Source of the DNA: a virus
Taxonomy: Duplodnaviria > Caudoviricetes
Virus record (IMG/VR): IMGVR_UViG_3300049782_000062
Location: 1-27,471 of that record
Length of the DNA: 27,471 nt
Direction: 5' to 3' (one strand)
Position numbers and translations under genes: made by a program. This document shows, piece after piece, positions 26,512-27,471 of this stretch. The notes under the pieces were generated by a model. It saw only the letters and a list, made by a program, of their open reading frames with translations. It was not told the DNA's origin and made no database searches. Positions within the stretch are counted from its first letter, which is position 1. The number at the start of each line of letters is the position of its first letter.

Positions 26512-26709
26512 TCACAGGCCGGGTATGGCGTCTTGATCGATGTCGAACCGTGCGTGGCCGTGTCTGGGCTCGGGATCGCACTCGGCTCCCCAGCCGCGCA
26601 GCCGCGACTCCTGGTCGGTCAGCTCCCGTCGGCAGCCACGGCACCACACCCGCCGGCGCGGCCCGGCCGGAACCTCGGGGAGCGCTGCCTGCTGGTGTTG
26701 TGGCCTCAT
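26512..26709 (-). CDS. DUF6011-like small zinc-binding protein
   Basis: CRGCRRELTDQESRLRGWGAEC motif. Confidence 0.7.
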   Translation of the reverse strand: MRPQHQQAALPEVPAGPRRRVWCRGCRRELTDQESRLRGWGAECDPEPRHGHARFDIDQDAIPGL

Positions 26710-26792
26710 GGGTTCCAGTGTCTTCCGGGGAACGGGTAGCGCGATGGCGAGATGATTTTGTACGCTGCGCGTGCGCGATACGTACGCGATAA

Positions 26793-26820
26793 GCCACCAA
26801 CCCCGGTCCGGGGTGGTGGC
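26793..26820. terminator. GC hairpin downstream of FtsK-gamma gene
   Basis: GCCACC(A)ACCCCG-GTC-CGGGGT GGTGGC stem with one bulge. Confidence 0.45.
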
Positions 26821-26838
26821 CTTCGGTGTATCCGGGGG

Positions 26839-27180
26839 TCAGTCGTCGTCACGCGGCTGCTCGGGCCGACGCTTTCGACAGGCATCCCGGTTTGAGCACA
26901 CCGTGATCTCGATGCCGTACTTCTCGCTGGTGAGCGTGCGGAAGCCGCGCTTGCCGATGCGGCCGCACTGCTCGCAGTACCGGGCATGAACGTCGCGCGA
27001 CTTGCTTCCCTCGGCGGGGCCCACGTAGCCGCGCTGTTGGAGCTCGTTGAGGAGGGCGTCGGCGTCACGAAAGGAAATCCGCATCCAACGCTGTAGAGCT
27101 GATGTGGCGGCGAGGCGGCGGGAGGCGACCAGGCGTAGGGCTCGGTCGATCTGTTCGGGAGCGAGTGTCGTGCCGGTCAT
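26839..27180 (-). CDS. Stand-alone FtsK gamma (winged-helix) domain fused to CxxC zinc finger
   Basis: ATSALQRWMRISFRDADALLNELQQRGYVGPAEGSKSRDV matches the FtsK-gamma pattern; then CEQC...CSNRDAC; GAGG RBS. Confidence 0.85.
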   Translation of the reverse strand: MTGTTLAPEQIDRALRLVASRRLAATSALQRWMRISFRDADALLNELQQRGYVGPAEGSKSRDVHARYCEQCGRIGKRGFRTLTSEKYGIEITVCSNRDACRKRRPEQPRDDD

Positions 27181-27190
27181 CTGGTTCCTC

Positions 27191-27471
27191 TCAGGCGGCG
27201 AGTGCGGTGGACGAGCGGGTGATGCGCGGGCGGTTGGGGAGGTAGTCGCGGCCGAGTTCGCGGGCGATGAGCTGCTGTTCGCTGCGGACCACGATGCCGC
27301 GTCCGGCGGGGGTGGTTGCCTCGGGCCGCTGCAGGACGAAGGCCATGCGGTGGACGGTGTAGGAGCGGATGCGGTCGATGTAGAAGGAGCGGGCGTCGCC
27401 GCGGAGGCGGCACATGGCGCGGACCTGGATGCGGCCGGCCTTGGTGGTGCGGATCTCGTACGCCTCGATGG
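27191..27471 (-). CDS. WYL-domain protein (5' end outside window)
   Basis: Frame open to window edge: IEAYEIRTTKAGRIQVRAMCRLRGDARSFYIDRIRSY matches WYL C-x-x-R...R-x-F-x-x-D-R-I. Confidence 0.8.
   Translation of the reverse strand, partial: IEAYEIRTTKAGRIQVRAMCRLRGDARSFYIDRIRSYTVHRMAFVLQRPEATTPAGRGIVVRSEQQLIARELGRDYLPNRPRITRSSTALAA

Larger units (their letters stand above)
1..27471. mobile_element. Siphovirus-type prophage / phage-plasmid segment (both ends outside window)
   Basis: Canonical head-tail, tail, tape measure, lysis gene order followed by recombinases and small early-type ORFs; no host housekeeping synteny or att boundary seen. Confidence 0.93.

Noticed and set aside
26706-26852. 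Short minus-strand ORF ending GRHWNP* overlapping the DUF6011-like start
   Set aside because: ATGA overlap is suggestive but it crosses a hairpin, has no clear RBS and no motif; not supportable
1-27471. tRNA, rRNA, IS transposase, reverse transcriptase
   Set aside because: No such motifs recognised on either strand

Overview
GC-rich actinobacterial (Streptomyces-like, judged from the thyX/dcd/FtsK-gamma sequences and strong G/C third-position bias) siphovirus-type prophage or phage-plasmid segment. 1-18429 (+) is a tightly coupled late operon: minor head protein, head-tail joining genes, major tail protein, tail chaperones with a GGGAAAA -1 frameshift, a 1458-aa tape measure, distal tail/baseplate/fibre genes, a lysis cassette (stand-alone PG-binding protein, amidase endolysin, several small membrane proteins) and a collagen-like fibre. 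18446-27471 is an accessory/early region: thyX and dcd (dCTP-to-dTMP supply); a four-gene minus-strand array whose junctions are all the same 19-25 bp repeat (GAG AAG TGA GGACACCGACC ATG, so every protein ends in E-K); a 28-bp dif-like site; two convergent tyrosine recombinase-family genes (one with HxxK, one lacking HxxR and the catalytic Tyr); a perfect 18-bp inverted repeat flanking 85 bp; a stand-alone FtsK-gamma protein; and a partial WYL gene. No prophage boundary is visible. Family calls are from motif recognition by eye, not database searches.
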